Below, in pieces: positions 37,198 to 50,551 of a stretch of 50,551 nt of DNA; within the stretch, counting starts at the first letter, position 1, and each line of letters opens with the position of its first letter. Made by a program: the position numbers and the translations under genes. Source of the DNA: Luminiphilus sp. (GTDB lineage: Bacteria > Pseudomonadota > Gammaproteobacteria > Pseudomonadales > Halieaceae); NCBI GenBank assembly GCA_965656285.1, contig CBFHJX010000001.1:1-50551 (forward strand), read 5' to 3'. The notes below the pieces were generated by a model that searched no databases, was not told the DNA's origin, and saw only the letters and a program-made list of their open reading frames with translations.

Positions 37198-37575
37198 ATG
37201 AATGCTGCTCTCAGGCTCTTGGTGTTATTACTCGGTGTGTTGTTCTTGGTCATGGGTTTGCGCTGGTTATTGGCTCCCCAAGGCATTGCCCCTGACTTTG
37301 GACTCGCGCTTCAGAGTGGTGTCGGTCTGAGTTCACAGATCGGCGATATGGCCGCGTTTTTTCTGCTCCTGGGCATCTGTATTTTCACTGCCTTGGTGAC
37401 TCAGCGTCGATTTTGGTACTACCCACCCATGATCCTGCTGACCTTGACCGCGCTGAGTCGTGTCCTTGCTTGGCTCATGCACGATGCGGCGTTACCGATG
37501 AATCTTATTACTCCTGAGATTGTCGTTGCGTTAGTACTGTGGGTTGCTTCTCGTCATTTATCCGACCGTGACTAG
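37198..37575 (+). CDS. Small 4-TM membrane protein (DUF4345-like)
   Basis: 125 aa, four hydrophobic segments, 2 bp after the DJ-1 gene. Confidence 0.7.
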   Translation: MNAALRLLVLLLGVLFLVMGLRWLLAPQGIAPDFGLALQSGVGLSSQIGDMAAFFLLLGICIFTALVTQRRFWYYPPMILLTLTALSRVLAWLMHDAALPMNLITPEIVVALVLWVASRHLSDRD

Positions 37576-37588
37576 GTACGTAAAAAAA

Positions 37589-39394
37589 ATGCGCACCCTT
37601 TGTCTCGCGTTGACGAGCCATCTCCTGATGGCGTCTGCACTGGCATCAAATGGGCTACCCGCTCAACTAATAGATCCGGTTAACCAGCAGTCAGAAAAAA
37701 ATGGACCGCCCAATGTTGTTTTGATCTTGGCTGATGATCTGGGGTTTTCAGATATCGCGTCATATGGCAGTGAAATTAATACGCCGAGCCTATCTGCCCT
37801 CGCGGAACTGGGCGTCAGTTTTACCAACTACCACACGGCCGCTAACTGTGCGCCTGCACGGGCCATGCTATTAACGGGTGTGGACGCTCACCTGGCCGGG
37901 GTACCCAACATCCCCGAAATGCTCGCACCCGAGCAACAACAAACGGCGCACTATCAGGGTGTGCTGGGTCAAAACGTGGTCACGGTCGCGACCTTGCTGG
38001 AGGATGCCGGCTATCACACTTACATGGCCGGTAAGTGGCACTTGGGCACTGACGCGGGCCTGTTGCCGAGCGAGCGAGGCTTTGAGCGGACAGTTGCACT
38101 CGCGGACTCCGGGGCTGACAACTGGGAACAACGGCCGTATATCCCTATTTATCAGACGGCTCATTGGTTCGCAGACGGCGAGGTTTACCAATTACCCGAC
38201 GACTTCTATTCGTCTCGCTTCTTAGTCGATAAGACCATTGAGTTCATAGACAGCAACGCTGAAGACGGTCGTCCATTTTTTGCCTACCTCCCTTTTCAGG
38301 CTGTACACATTCCGGTGCAGGCGCCCCAGAAGTTTATTGATCCCTACATGGACGTTTACGCTGAAGGCTGGACAGCGATTCGCCAGCAGCGCTACCAGCG
38401 TGCCGTCGCGCTGGGCGTAGTGCCGTCAGGTATCGACTTGGTGGACATGAAAACGACCGGTGACTGGAGCGCGTTGAATGGTGAACGACAGCGCTACGAG
38501 GCCAAGCGAATGGCGGTGTACGCCGGCATGGTTGAAGCGATGGATCACCACATCGGGCGACTGGTTCGGCATCTCAAAGCACAAGGGCTGTTTGAAAATA
38601 CCCTATTTATCTTTACCTCTGACAATGGGGCTGAGGCGTCTGGACCGAGTGATCCGGACAATTTTGCCACGCAACGGCAGCTGAGCTCGCTGGGATACAA
38701 CAGTGATTATGAGACTCTTGGTCTCAAGGGGAGTTACAACTCGATCAGTCCAAGCTTTGCCAGCGCCGCCGTTAGCCCGCTCGCGGACTACAAGTTTTAC
38801 GTCGGAGAGGGCGGAATGCGCGTGCCGATGATTGTGGCGGGTGCGTCGCTTCCGCGACAGGGTGTTTTGAGTGACGCGTTCTCGTTTGTCACCGACATCA
38901 CCCCCACTATTTTGTCGCTCACGGGCGTCAATGCACCCGGGAAGCGGTACGCCGGTCGACCCATAGAGCTCATGATTGGGAAAAATCTCGCACCGCTATT
39001 ACGGGGTGGTGTGGATCGTGTCTACTCAGAGGACGACACAGTGGGTTACGAGCTCGCGGGCAATGCGGCGTTGTTTCAAGGGGACTACAAAATCGTTTTT
39101 AACCGCAGGCCACTGGGAGATGCGCGCTGGCGGCTCTTTAACATTAAGCGGGACCCTGGAGAGACGCGTGACTTATCAAATGAGTCGCCGGGGCGGTTGC
39201 AGACCATGCTCTCGGCCTACCAACGATACACGGTAGACAATAAAGTGCTTCCCATACCTCCGGGTTACGGGCACCTGAAGCAGCTTGTCCTGAATGCAGT
39301 GCAGGGCAGGCTACGAGAGCCGCTGCTGGTTACGTTAATCACGTTACTGATACTAGCGCCGTTTTATGTTTATTTTCGGCTGAGGTCACGTTAA
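37589..39394 (+). CDS. Arylsulfatase (Cys-type formylglycine sulfatase) with C-terminal TM anchor
   Basis: LADDLG, CAPARAMLLTG (CxPxR), GKWHLG, SDNG, EGGMRVP, DPGETRDL. Confidence 0.93.
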   Translation: MRTLCLALTSHLLMASALASNGLPAQLIDPVNQQSEKNGPPNVVLILADDLGFSDIASYGSEINTPSLSALAELGVSFTNYHTAANCAPARAMLLTGVDAHLAGVPNIPEMLAPEQQQTAHYQGVLGQNVVTVATLLEDAGYHTYMAGKWHLGTDAGLLPSERGFERTVALADSGADNWEQRPYIPIYQTAHWFADGEVYQLPDDFYSSRFLVDKTIEFIDSNAEDGRPFFAYLPFQAVHIPVQAPQKFIDPYMDVYAEGWTAIRQQRYQRAVALGVVPSGIDLVDMKTTGDWSALNGERQRYEAKRMAVYAGMVEAMDHHIGRLVRHLKAQGLFENTLFIFTSDNGAEASGPSDPDNFATQRQLSSLGYNSDYETLGLKGSYNSISPSFASAAVSPLADYKFYVGEGGMRVPMIVAGASLPRQGVLSDAFSFVTDITPTILSLTGVNAPGKRYAGRPIELMIGKNLAPLLRGGVDRVYSEDDTVGYELAGNAALFQGDYKIVFNRRPLGDARWRLFNIKRDPGETRDLSNESPGRLQTMLSAYQRYTVDNKVLPIPPGYGHLKQLVLNAVQGRLREPLLVTLITLLILAPFYVYFRLRSR

Positions 39395-39463
39395 CGGATC
39401 CCTGAAGGTTAAACGCAAAAGTTTGCTCAACCTCGCGGTTGCCGGGCTTTTCGAATAATCACC

Positions 39464-40432
39464 TTAGTGATCGGTCAGCGTGCCCAGATCAAAGCCTGTC
39501 TCATCAGCGACAGCGTTGGGCCAATTGGTGCGCCAGACCTCTCGAGAGACCGTGCCAACGGGGACTGGTTGGCGCTGAAACCCGGGCTGGCAGGCAATGA
39601 GTGGCGAGACGACGACATCGTGTCGCGGTACGACAAAGAAAGGGAAGCTGTAGCGTTCTCTCCCCGAGGTATTCACAACTTTATGGGGTGTAGAGACGAA
39701 GTGACCACCAGACCACAGCTCTAAGAGGTCGCCAATATTGACCACCATGGCGTGGGATGGCGCTCGGACTTCCAGCCATTCGCTGTCATCATGAGGGCGC
39801 AGCCAAAGGCCGCCCACATCGTCTGGGAAGAGCAGCGTGAGTGCGTCGGTGTCTTTGTGGGGATGGATACCAAAGCCGGTATTACCCTCGTTTTGGGGAG
39901 GGTAATGGAGCAATGTCATGTTGGTCAGCGGTTGCTCAAACAGGTTTAGAAATGCGTCGATCTCAACATCTATGATCTTTGCGATCAGCCTAAGTAACTG
40001 CTGGCTTGTTGTCTCGCAAGCCTTCCAATACGCCTGAGTTATTTCCTGTAACTGAGCGGGCATGGACGGCCATCGATTGGGTCCGTAGAGGTCGCAGACC
40101 GAACAGATAGGATCATCTGGCGCTGTCTCATTATGAAGTTTGTATCCCTCGTATTGGTCTCGCGTAGCCCCGTGGCTATTGGGTGAAAAAAATCCAAGGG
40201 GTATGTAACCGCGATAGTTGTCAGGCGTAATACAGTCCGCCAGCTTTTCGCTGAGTGGCCGCGAAAAATAGGTTTCCAATTGTTGCCGCATCGTCCGCAC
40301 GAGCGGCCTTGGCACACTGTGACCTTGAACCATGACGAAACCGATTTCTGTCAGTGCGCGTTCCAGAACGGGCAAGACTGTGTCGTCTGAATCCTTAAGG
40401 TTAATCAGCGGAATAGAACTCGACGACGTCAT
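39464..40432 (-). CDS. Isopenicillin N synthase-like Fe(II)/2OG dioxygenase
   Basis: IGF....H, RGY, HKDTD (HxD), NIGDLL..WS, STPHKV, RYSFPFF. Confidence 0.9.
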   Translation of the reverse strand: MTSSSSIPLINLKDSDDTVLPVLERALTEIGFVMVQGHSVPRPLVRTMRQQLETYFSRPLSEKLADCITPDNYRGYIPLGFFSPNSHGATRDQYEGYKLHNETAPDDPICSVCDLYGPNRWPSMPAQLQEITQAYWKACETTSQQLLRLIAKIIDVEIDAFLNLFEQPLTNMTLLHYPPQNEGNTGFGIHPHKDTDALTLLFPDDVGGLWLRPHDDSEWLEVRAPSHAMVVNIGDLLELWSGGHFVSTPHKVVNTSGRERYSFPFFVVPRHDVVVSPLIACQPGFQRQPVPVGTVSREVWRTNWPNAVADETGFDLGTLTDH

Positions 40433-40604
40433 AAACAGCGCTCTTGATTTTCTAACAAGACGGTGTGGCTCGCGAGCAGCTCGCCGTTCTCATCTTCAAC
40501 GAACCAAGGGTAGGCTGTAAACCGGTGTGGGCTTAATTCTGAATGCCTTGGGAATCGTGCTTTTAAGCGGTAGGGTTAGTCCTCCAAGGACCGGGGTTTA
40601 TTCG

Positions 40605-42137
40605 ATGAAGTTAATACGTGTTGCCACTGCAGTTTGTGTTATTGCCTGCGTCAGTTTAACCGCCCGCGCATCTGCCCAAGAGGGTGCGACGATTGCGCGC
40701 GATTACCATGCGAAAAACACTCACCGTATTATTTCAGATTTCCGCTCGTTCCTGAGCTTCCCCAATGTTGCCAGTAACGTAGAGGACATGATGGACAACG
40801 CTCGGTTCATCGAGGGCTACGTCGCCAAACGCGGATTTGTATCAAAAATTGTTTCAGCAGGCGGCGCTCCCTACGTTGTGTCTGAGCGTCGAGGGTCAAA
40901 AGACGCGCCCACCGTTCTCATTTACGCGCACTTCGATGGACAACCGGTGATTCCCAGTCAGTGGTCATCGCCCCCATTTGAGCCGACCCTATGGACGTCC
41001 AATCCGTTAAACCCCAAAGCAAAAGCCTTGCCCTGGGATCAAGATGAGTTCGATCCAAACTGGCGAATTGTGGCGCGGGCGGCAGGCGACGACAAAGGGC
41101 CTGTTATTGCGCTCATGGCGGCGATCGATGCGCTGGTTGCGGTAAACGACATGCCGGACATCACGATTAAACTGCTACTCGACGGCGAAGAGGAGCGAGG
41201 CAGCCCAACGCTTGCGGGCATTCTTGAGCAAGTTGCGGACGACCTAGACGCTGATGTCATGCTGTTTTGCGATGGCCCTATGCATCAGTCGGGTCGTCGC
41301 CAATTGGTATTGGGAGTGCGAGGGAGTATGACCGTTGATCTTACGACGTTTGGGCCCAACCGACCGCTTCATTCTGGGCATTACGGTAATTGGGCGCCTA
41401 ATCCCAATGAAATATTGATGAAATTATTGATGTCACTCAAGGATGACTCAGGGCGCGTTGTTGTTAAGGGGTTTTTGGATAATGTTCGTCCCGTATCCGG
41501 CTTGGAGCAGTCGGCCATTGCGGCAATGCCTTCCGTTGACGCCACGCTTCGATCTGAGCTGGGACTGGGCAGTAACGAAGTGACTGACGAGCGTATAGAG
41601 TCTTCTATTATGCGTCCGGCTATTGTCGTAAAGGGACTTAATGGCGGTGGCGTGGGTGCAGAGTCACGCAATATCATTGAACCGACAGCCGAGGCCTCGT
41701 TGAACCTAAGATTGGTGCCCGGGCAACAGCCTGAAGTCCTACTCGCGGCATTGAAACGTCACTTTGAGGGTCTCGGAATGACGGTCTCGGGAAACGGCCC
41801 GGCAACAAGCGCCCCCCGTGAAACCCATCTTCAGATGGTCGCGCGTTCAGGCGGGTACCGATCGTTCCGCACAAAGATCGACGCTGAGGTTGTCTCGGAA
41901 TTGAAGGTCATTCTGGATCGGTTAGGCGATCAAGAGACGTTAATTACCCCGACCATGGGCGGGTCTCTGCCGATATACCTGTTTGAGGATAATTTAGAGG
42001 CACCGATTGTGATTCTTCCGATTGCCAATCACGACAACAACCAGCACGGAAAGGATGAAAACTTAAGACTGAAAAACCTGTTCGACGCGATCGAGATGTA
42101 CGCTGAAGTCATACAGGGTCTTGCCGCCGGTTCGTGA
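40605..42137 (+). CDS. Secreted M20/M25/M40 metallopeptidase
   Basis: YAHFDGQP, ARAAGDDKG, GEEERGS, DG, HSGHYGN, NQHGKDEN; signal peptide. Confidence 0.9.
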   Translation: MKLIRVATAVCVIACVSLTARASAQEGATIARDYHAKNTHRIISDFRSFLSFPNVASNVEDMMDNARFIEGYVAKRGFVSKIVSAGGAPYVVSERRGSKDAPTVLIYAHFDGQPVIPSQWSSPPFEPTLWTSNPLNPKAKALPWDQDEFDPNWRIVARAAGDDKGPVIALMAAIDALVAVNDMPDITIKLLLDGEEERGSPTLAGILEQVADDLDADVMLFCDGPMHQSGRRQLVLGVRGSMTVDLTTFGPNRPLHSGHYGNWAPNPNEILMKLLMSLKDDSGRVVVKGFLDNVRPVSGLEQSAIAAMPSVDATLRSELGLGSNEVTDERIESSIMRPAIVVKGLNGGGVGAESRNIIEPTAEASLNLRLVPGQQPEVLLAALKRHFEGLGMTVSGNGPATSAPRETHLQMVARSGGYRSFRTKIDAEVVSELKVILDRLGDQETLITPTMGGSLPIYLFEDNLEAPIVILPIANHDNNQHGKDENLRLKNLFDAIEMYAEVIQGLAAGS

Positions 42138-42225
42138 AATGATGACTGGGCTTCGTGGCCTGGCGCGCGTTGTGTGTAACGAGGAGCTCATCGAGGCTCC
42201 TGTCATCCCTAATCGAGTGCTTCGG

Positions 42226-44313
42226 TTAATCTCGGGTGCTTTGACGGCCTTTGTAGCGCTCAAACCAGGCGAGAATATGATCAACTTTTGTGATCAGTCG
42301 CGAGGGTTTGCTCGCGATGCCGTGGGACGCGCCAGGCAGTCGCACCATTGCTGAGTCGACGCCGCGCAGTCTCAGTGCTTGGTAGAATTGCTCAGTCTCT
42401 GACATGGGGGTCCGCCGATCTTCTTCACCGGTGAGCAACAGGGTGGGTGTAACGACATTCCCCACCAACGAGAGCGGTGAACGTTTCCAGTAGTGCTCGA
42501 AGTGCTGCCAAGGTGGGCCTGGAAACTGGTGATAGATCTGTCCGACCATGGAGTCGGCGGTGAGTGTTTTACTGATCCAGTTAATGACTGGTTTGGCGGC
42601 TACGGCTGCGTTGAAGCGGTCAGTCAGTCCAACCGCGTAGGCAGTGGCGATACCACCGGCGCTTCCGCCTGCGATAAACAAGTTGTCTTCGTCGACGAAG
42701 CCCCTCTCGATCAGGGCGTCAATTCCCGACATGTGGTCTGCAAAGTCCTCAACACTTGAGTACTTGTATTGCAGTAAGAGCGCGAAGTCCTCACCGTATG
42801 ACAGGCTCCCGCGATAGTTATTATAAAAAACGACGTAGCCGGCGGCTGCCATTAACTGTAACTCAGCGGAAAAATGGGGTCCGTACGCGAGGTGAGGGCC
42901 GCCGTGAATTTCCAAAATGAGCGGGTACTTTTTGCTCGGATCGAAGTTCGGTGGCGTGACGTACCACCCTTGAATCTCTTGGCCGTCGAATGTCGAGTTG
43001 TAGGTGACTTCGGTGACCTCGCCTAAGGTGCGATAATCCAGAAGGTCGTCGTTTAATGCGGTCACGACCTCGAGTCTCTTGTTTTTGATGACCGCCACAT
43101 CACTGGGCCGATGTTGACTTCCCTGAGTAAACGCAACGACGCCATTTTTATGGTCAAAGCCACCGGAAATGTAAGGTCGCCCGATGGTCGTCCCGCCAAC
43201 CGCGCTCGCAACAGTCGTGACGACTTTAGTTCTGGTGATATTTCGAATGTGTCGCATTCCACGCTCATCAAACGAAAAGTACAGCGATTTGCTGTCCTCA
43301 GCCCAGAAAATATTGTTGGCGTCACCATCGAGGTTGTCTGTCAGGATGGTCATGTCTTTCGTTTGTAAATTCAGCAAGGCAATTCGGTTTGGGGTAAACG
43401 CCAGCGGTCGACGTTCCTCGTAACTAAAGGCGAGTGTTTTGCCGTTGGGCGCTATGACGGGATTGCGCTCGGCACCCGGAGAATCACTGATCTGTCTGAC
43501 GCGGCCGTTGGCCAGAGCAACCGCATAAATATCGGCTTCATCGCTGCGCAGTTCCCAGTCTTCGGATCGATCGGCAGAGAAAAATATTTCTGTACTGTTG
43601 GGGGTCCACGCAAGCTTTCCGAAGTGGTTAAAGTCGCCTTCAGTGAGCTGTCGCGCAACGCCGCCCTCGGCCGGTATCACGAACACATGACGGTGTGCTG
43701 GATCGACAATACCCCGGCCATCGTACTGATAGCGCGTGGTCGTCACCGTCACAGGTGCCTTTGCCCAGCGCGCGCCCTCTGGTGCGGTCCGTCGTTTGGC
43801 AATCGGCTTGGTCTTCTTCTTCACGTCCATGGTGAACGCGAGCCACTTGCCATCGGGTGACCATGCTAAATCAGACGGTGATTGCTGCAGGTTTGAGATG
43901 ACAGTTGTCTGTTGGGATTCCATCCAGCGGACGTGAATTTGCGAGGAACCGCTTTCACGCGAGAAAAAGGCAAGCTTGCTGCCATCAGGTGACCAGCGCG
44001 GTGACGTACTTCGCCCTGAGTCGGTCTTAAGTGGTCGGTGGAAGTCTCCGTTTAGGGACACCTCCCAAAGATCGGCTCGTCCCGTATCAGTCATGATCTC
44101 AAAGGACCGGCGAACATAAACAATGGATTGACCGTCCGGTGCAATCTGAGGATCCGAGGCCCACTCAAGCTCAAACACGTCCATTGCATCAAAGAGAGGG
44201 TGTTGTTGCTCTTCGGTCTGTGCGCTGGCACACCAAGGTAAAAAGAACGCGATTGCGGGCAGCGTGTATTTCCAGACGGCAGTTCGTGTGAAGTGGTTTT
44301 CCATAGTCATCAT
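42226..44313 (-). CDS. S9 family prolyl oligopeptidase/acylaminoacyl peptidase (PD40 beta-propeller)
   Basis: WSPDG repeats, IHGGP, GGSAGG nucleophile, EEDRR, SHGI; start among ATGs 44304-44313. Confidence 0.92.
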   Translation of the reverse strand: MMTMENHFTRTAVWKYTLPAIAFFLPWCASAQTEEQQHPLFDAMDVFELEWASDPQIAPDGQSIVYVRRSFEIMTDTGRADLWEVSLNGDFHRPLKTDSGRSTSPRWSPDGSKLAFFSRESGSSQIHVRWMESQQTTVISNLQQSPSDLAWSPDGKWLAFTMDVKKKTKPIAKRRTAPEGARWAKAPVTVTTTRYQYDGRGIVDPAHRHVFVIPAEGGVARQLTEGDFNHFGKLAWTPNSTEIFFSADRSEDWELRSDEADIYAVALANGRVRQISDSPGAERNPVIAPNGKTLAFSYEERRPLAFTPNRIALLNLQTKDMTILTDNLDGDANNIFWAEDSKSLYFSFDERGMRHIRNITRTKVVTTVASAVGGTTIGRPYISGGFDHKNGVVAFTQGSQHRPSDVAVIKNKRLEVVTALNDDLLDYRTLGEVTEVTYNSTFDGQEIQGWYVTPPNFDPSKKYPLILEIHGGPHLAYGPHFSAELQLMAAAGYVVFYNNYRGSLSYGEDFALLLQYKYSSVEDFADHMSGIDALIERGFVDEDNLFIAGGSAGGIATAYAVGLTDRFNAAVAAKPVINWISKTLTADSMVGQIYHQFPGPPWQHFEHYWKRSPLSLVGNVVTPTLLLTGEEDRRTPMSETEQFYQALRLRGVDSAMVRLPGASHGIASKPSRLITKVDHILAWFERYKGRQSTRD

Positions 44314-44628
44314 CTCGTGTCCGGTGAGCACACTGGTTGGTGAAACCGCAGTATTCCTGTTTGCGACAGAGGTGTCGCCTCCCTCTCGATACGGTATGAG
44401 TCTGTGTTTAGTTTTTAAGGTGCCGTTGTGTTCGCCTTCAAGGTGAAGGTGGGTAAGACCGACGTCAAAGGTAAAAAAGGACCGATCAGTTCAAGCCTGA
44501 CTCAAGGCTATTGCCCACAAAACGATGATCAGATAGTTTCGAGGCGCTGATGATGCGCACAAGGGTAATCCCTAGCGAATTGTCGCGTTGAGCTCGGTGT
44601 TACGCTGGGGGTACTTATTCGCCACTAA

Positions 44629-49136
<4,508 letters not shown>

Positions 49137-49236
49137 CAGCCTATTGAGAGGCAAGGTGGTGCGTTAGAGGCTTTTCCGCTTGTAGCGTCAGCGGCGGGCC
49201 CACAAGACGCGCTTCAGTCGTCTCGGGATCCGTGTT

Positions 49237-50358
49237 CTAAAACGTTGTGTGTAAATAGGTAGAAAGCTTTTGCAGACCGACTTCGATTGTTTTGAGCTCA
49301 TTAGCAAAGCCAATTCGCGCATACCCCTCCATATCAAATGCATCGCCGGGCGTCAGCATGACACCTGTTTTTTGTACAAGGTCGATACAGAACTCTCGCG
49401 AGCTTATTGGAATGTCCAGTTTCAGCATGGCCGTAGTTCCTGCGCGTGGCTTCACCCAACTCACCCGCGACTCGTTTTGAATCCAAGTGTCCAGCATTGC
49501 TAGATTTTCTCGCGTGATGCGCTGACTTCGCGCGAGTAGTTGGTCTGCATTCTCCAACGCCAAGGCGGCGAAGTAATCGTTGATCATGCCGACCGATATG
49601 GTGTCGTAGTCTCGGTGGATCAGAATGTCCTCGGTGACTTCTTTGGGGGCGACCACCCAGCCGATACGTAAACCCGCCAGTGAAAAAACTTTCGACATGC
49701 CCGCCGTGCTAATGCCCTTCTCATACAAGTCGGCAATGGAGGGAACCATGCCATCACCCACTTGTCCGGTACCTCGATACACCTCGTCGCAGAGCAGGTA
49801 AGCGCCGACAGAGTCCGCAATCGATACGATCTCTTCTAACATTGGGCGCTCTATCAATGCACCTGTGGGGTTGTTGGGGTTGGTCAAGGCAATTAACTTC
49901 GTATCAGGCGTCACAAGTGCACGAAGGCGTTCAAGATCGGGCAGAAATCCATTGTCTTCGCGCAGACTCAGGGTCGTCACAGAGGCTTCGATGCTCGCTG
50001 GAATCGAATAATGTTGTTGATAAGTGGGGACGATCGACACGACATGATCTCCCTTGGAGACGAGTGCTTTGTGCACCAACATGTTGGCGGCAATCGTCCC
50101 GTGGGTAATGGTAATGTCGTCGATGTGTTGATTAGCGTACAGATTCGCGATGGCGGAGCGAAGTCGCGGCGAACCGACGATGTCCCCGTATCCGAGTTTC
50201 ATGGGCAGTAGATCGGAAAGGTCTTTGCCACTGCGTCCTGAGAGTGAAAGAAGCTCATCAACGGTAATGCTGGCCACGCAGGTCTCAGCCAAATTATAGG
50301 TACATTGGGTTTCCCATTCGTTCATCCACAGTTCGACTTTGAACGGTTCAATGAACAT
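49237..50358 (-). CDS. PLP-dependent aminotransferase class I/II
   Basis: NPNNPTG, DEVY, SKVFSLAGLRIGW (PLP Lys); GGAG RBS. Confidence 0.92.
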   Translation of the reverse strand: MFIEPFKVELWMNEWETQCTYNLAETCVASITVDELLSLSGRSGKDLSDLLPMKLGYGDIVGSPRLRSAIANLYANQHIDDITITHGTIAANMLVHKALVSKGDHVVSIVPTYQQHYSIPASIEASVTTLSLREDNGFLPDLERLRALVTPDTKLIALTNPNNPTGALIERPMLEEIVSIADSVGAYLLCDEVYRGTGQVGDGMVPSIADLYEKGISTAGMSKVFSLAGLRIGWVVAPKEVTEDILIHRDYDTISVGMINDYFAALALENADQLLARSQRITRENLAMLDTWIQNESRVSWVKPRAGTTAMLKLDIPISSREFCIDLVQKTGVMLTPGDAFDMEGYARIGFANELKTIEVGLQKLSTYLHTTF

Positions 50359-50394
50359 AAGCGTCTCCCAAACTGTAAGAAAAGTGTTCTTTAT

Positions 50395-50550
50395 TCATGA
50401 GGCTTGTCCCTTGGCGAGTTCTTGATCGCGGAGCGATCGGCGCATTATTTTCCCCGTCGTGGTCATGGGTAAACTGTCGACAAATTCGATTAAGCGTGGC
50501 ACTTCATGTTTGGCTAAATGATCTCGCACCAGCGCTTTGAGCGCATCTGC
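50395..50550 (-). CDS. C-terminus of an acyl-CoA synthetase/AMP-binding enzyme (partial; not in ORF track)
   Basis: Translates ADALKALVRDHLAKHEVPRLIEFVDSLPMTTTGKIMRRSLRDQELAKGQAS*, with the A10 motif LP.T.TGKI.R. Confidence 0.88.
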   Translation of the reverse strand, partial: ADALKALVRDHLAKHEVPRLIEFVDSLPMTTTGKIMRRSLRDQELAKGQAS

Positions 50551-50551
50551 C

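Noticed and set aside
39464-40432. Beta-lactam or other secondary-metabolite cluster suggested by the IPNS-like gene
   Set aside because: No NRPS, PKS or tailoring cluster nearby; the family is broad.

Overview
Gene-dense (about 40 CDS), roughly mid-50% GC bacterial chromosomal segment. Gene content suggests a marine heterotrophic gammaproteobacterium, possibly OM60/NOR5-Halieaceae-like (inference only). I saw no rRNA, tRNA, CRISPR array, transposase or phage genes. Most genes are catabolic or scavenging enzymes: hydrolases, peptidases, oxygenases, a sulfatase, a PhoX-type phosphatase, a copper amine oxidase, lacZ-melB and malonyl-CoA decarboxylase. The main signal the ORF track misses is a recoded gene. 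Two 'separate' minus-strand ORFs (2862-3149 and 2613-2840) are one frame joined by an in-frame TGA in a G-H-U-G-S-C motif and followed by a SECIS-like hairpin. This gives a UGSC-type selenoprotein translationally coupled to a conserved uncharacterised partner (1538-2620). Other highlights: (1) a perfect 41-bp palindrome with a Fur-box core in front of a Cys-rich orphan gene; (2) a shared non-canonical Zur-like operator ahead of both the zur-merC-like and zigA-DUF1826 operons; (3) an uncalled 42-aa membrane microprotein; (4) a cadherin-like surface protein ending in a type-1-copper-like motif; (5) a lipoprotein-anchored copper amine oxidase. Family assignments come from motif recognition by eye, not from database searches.
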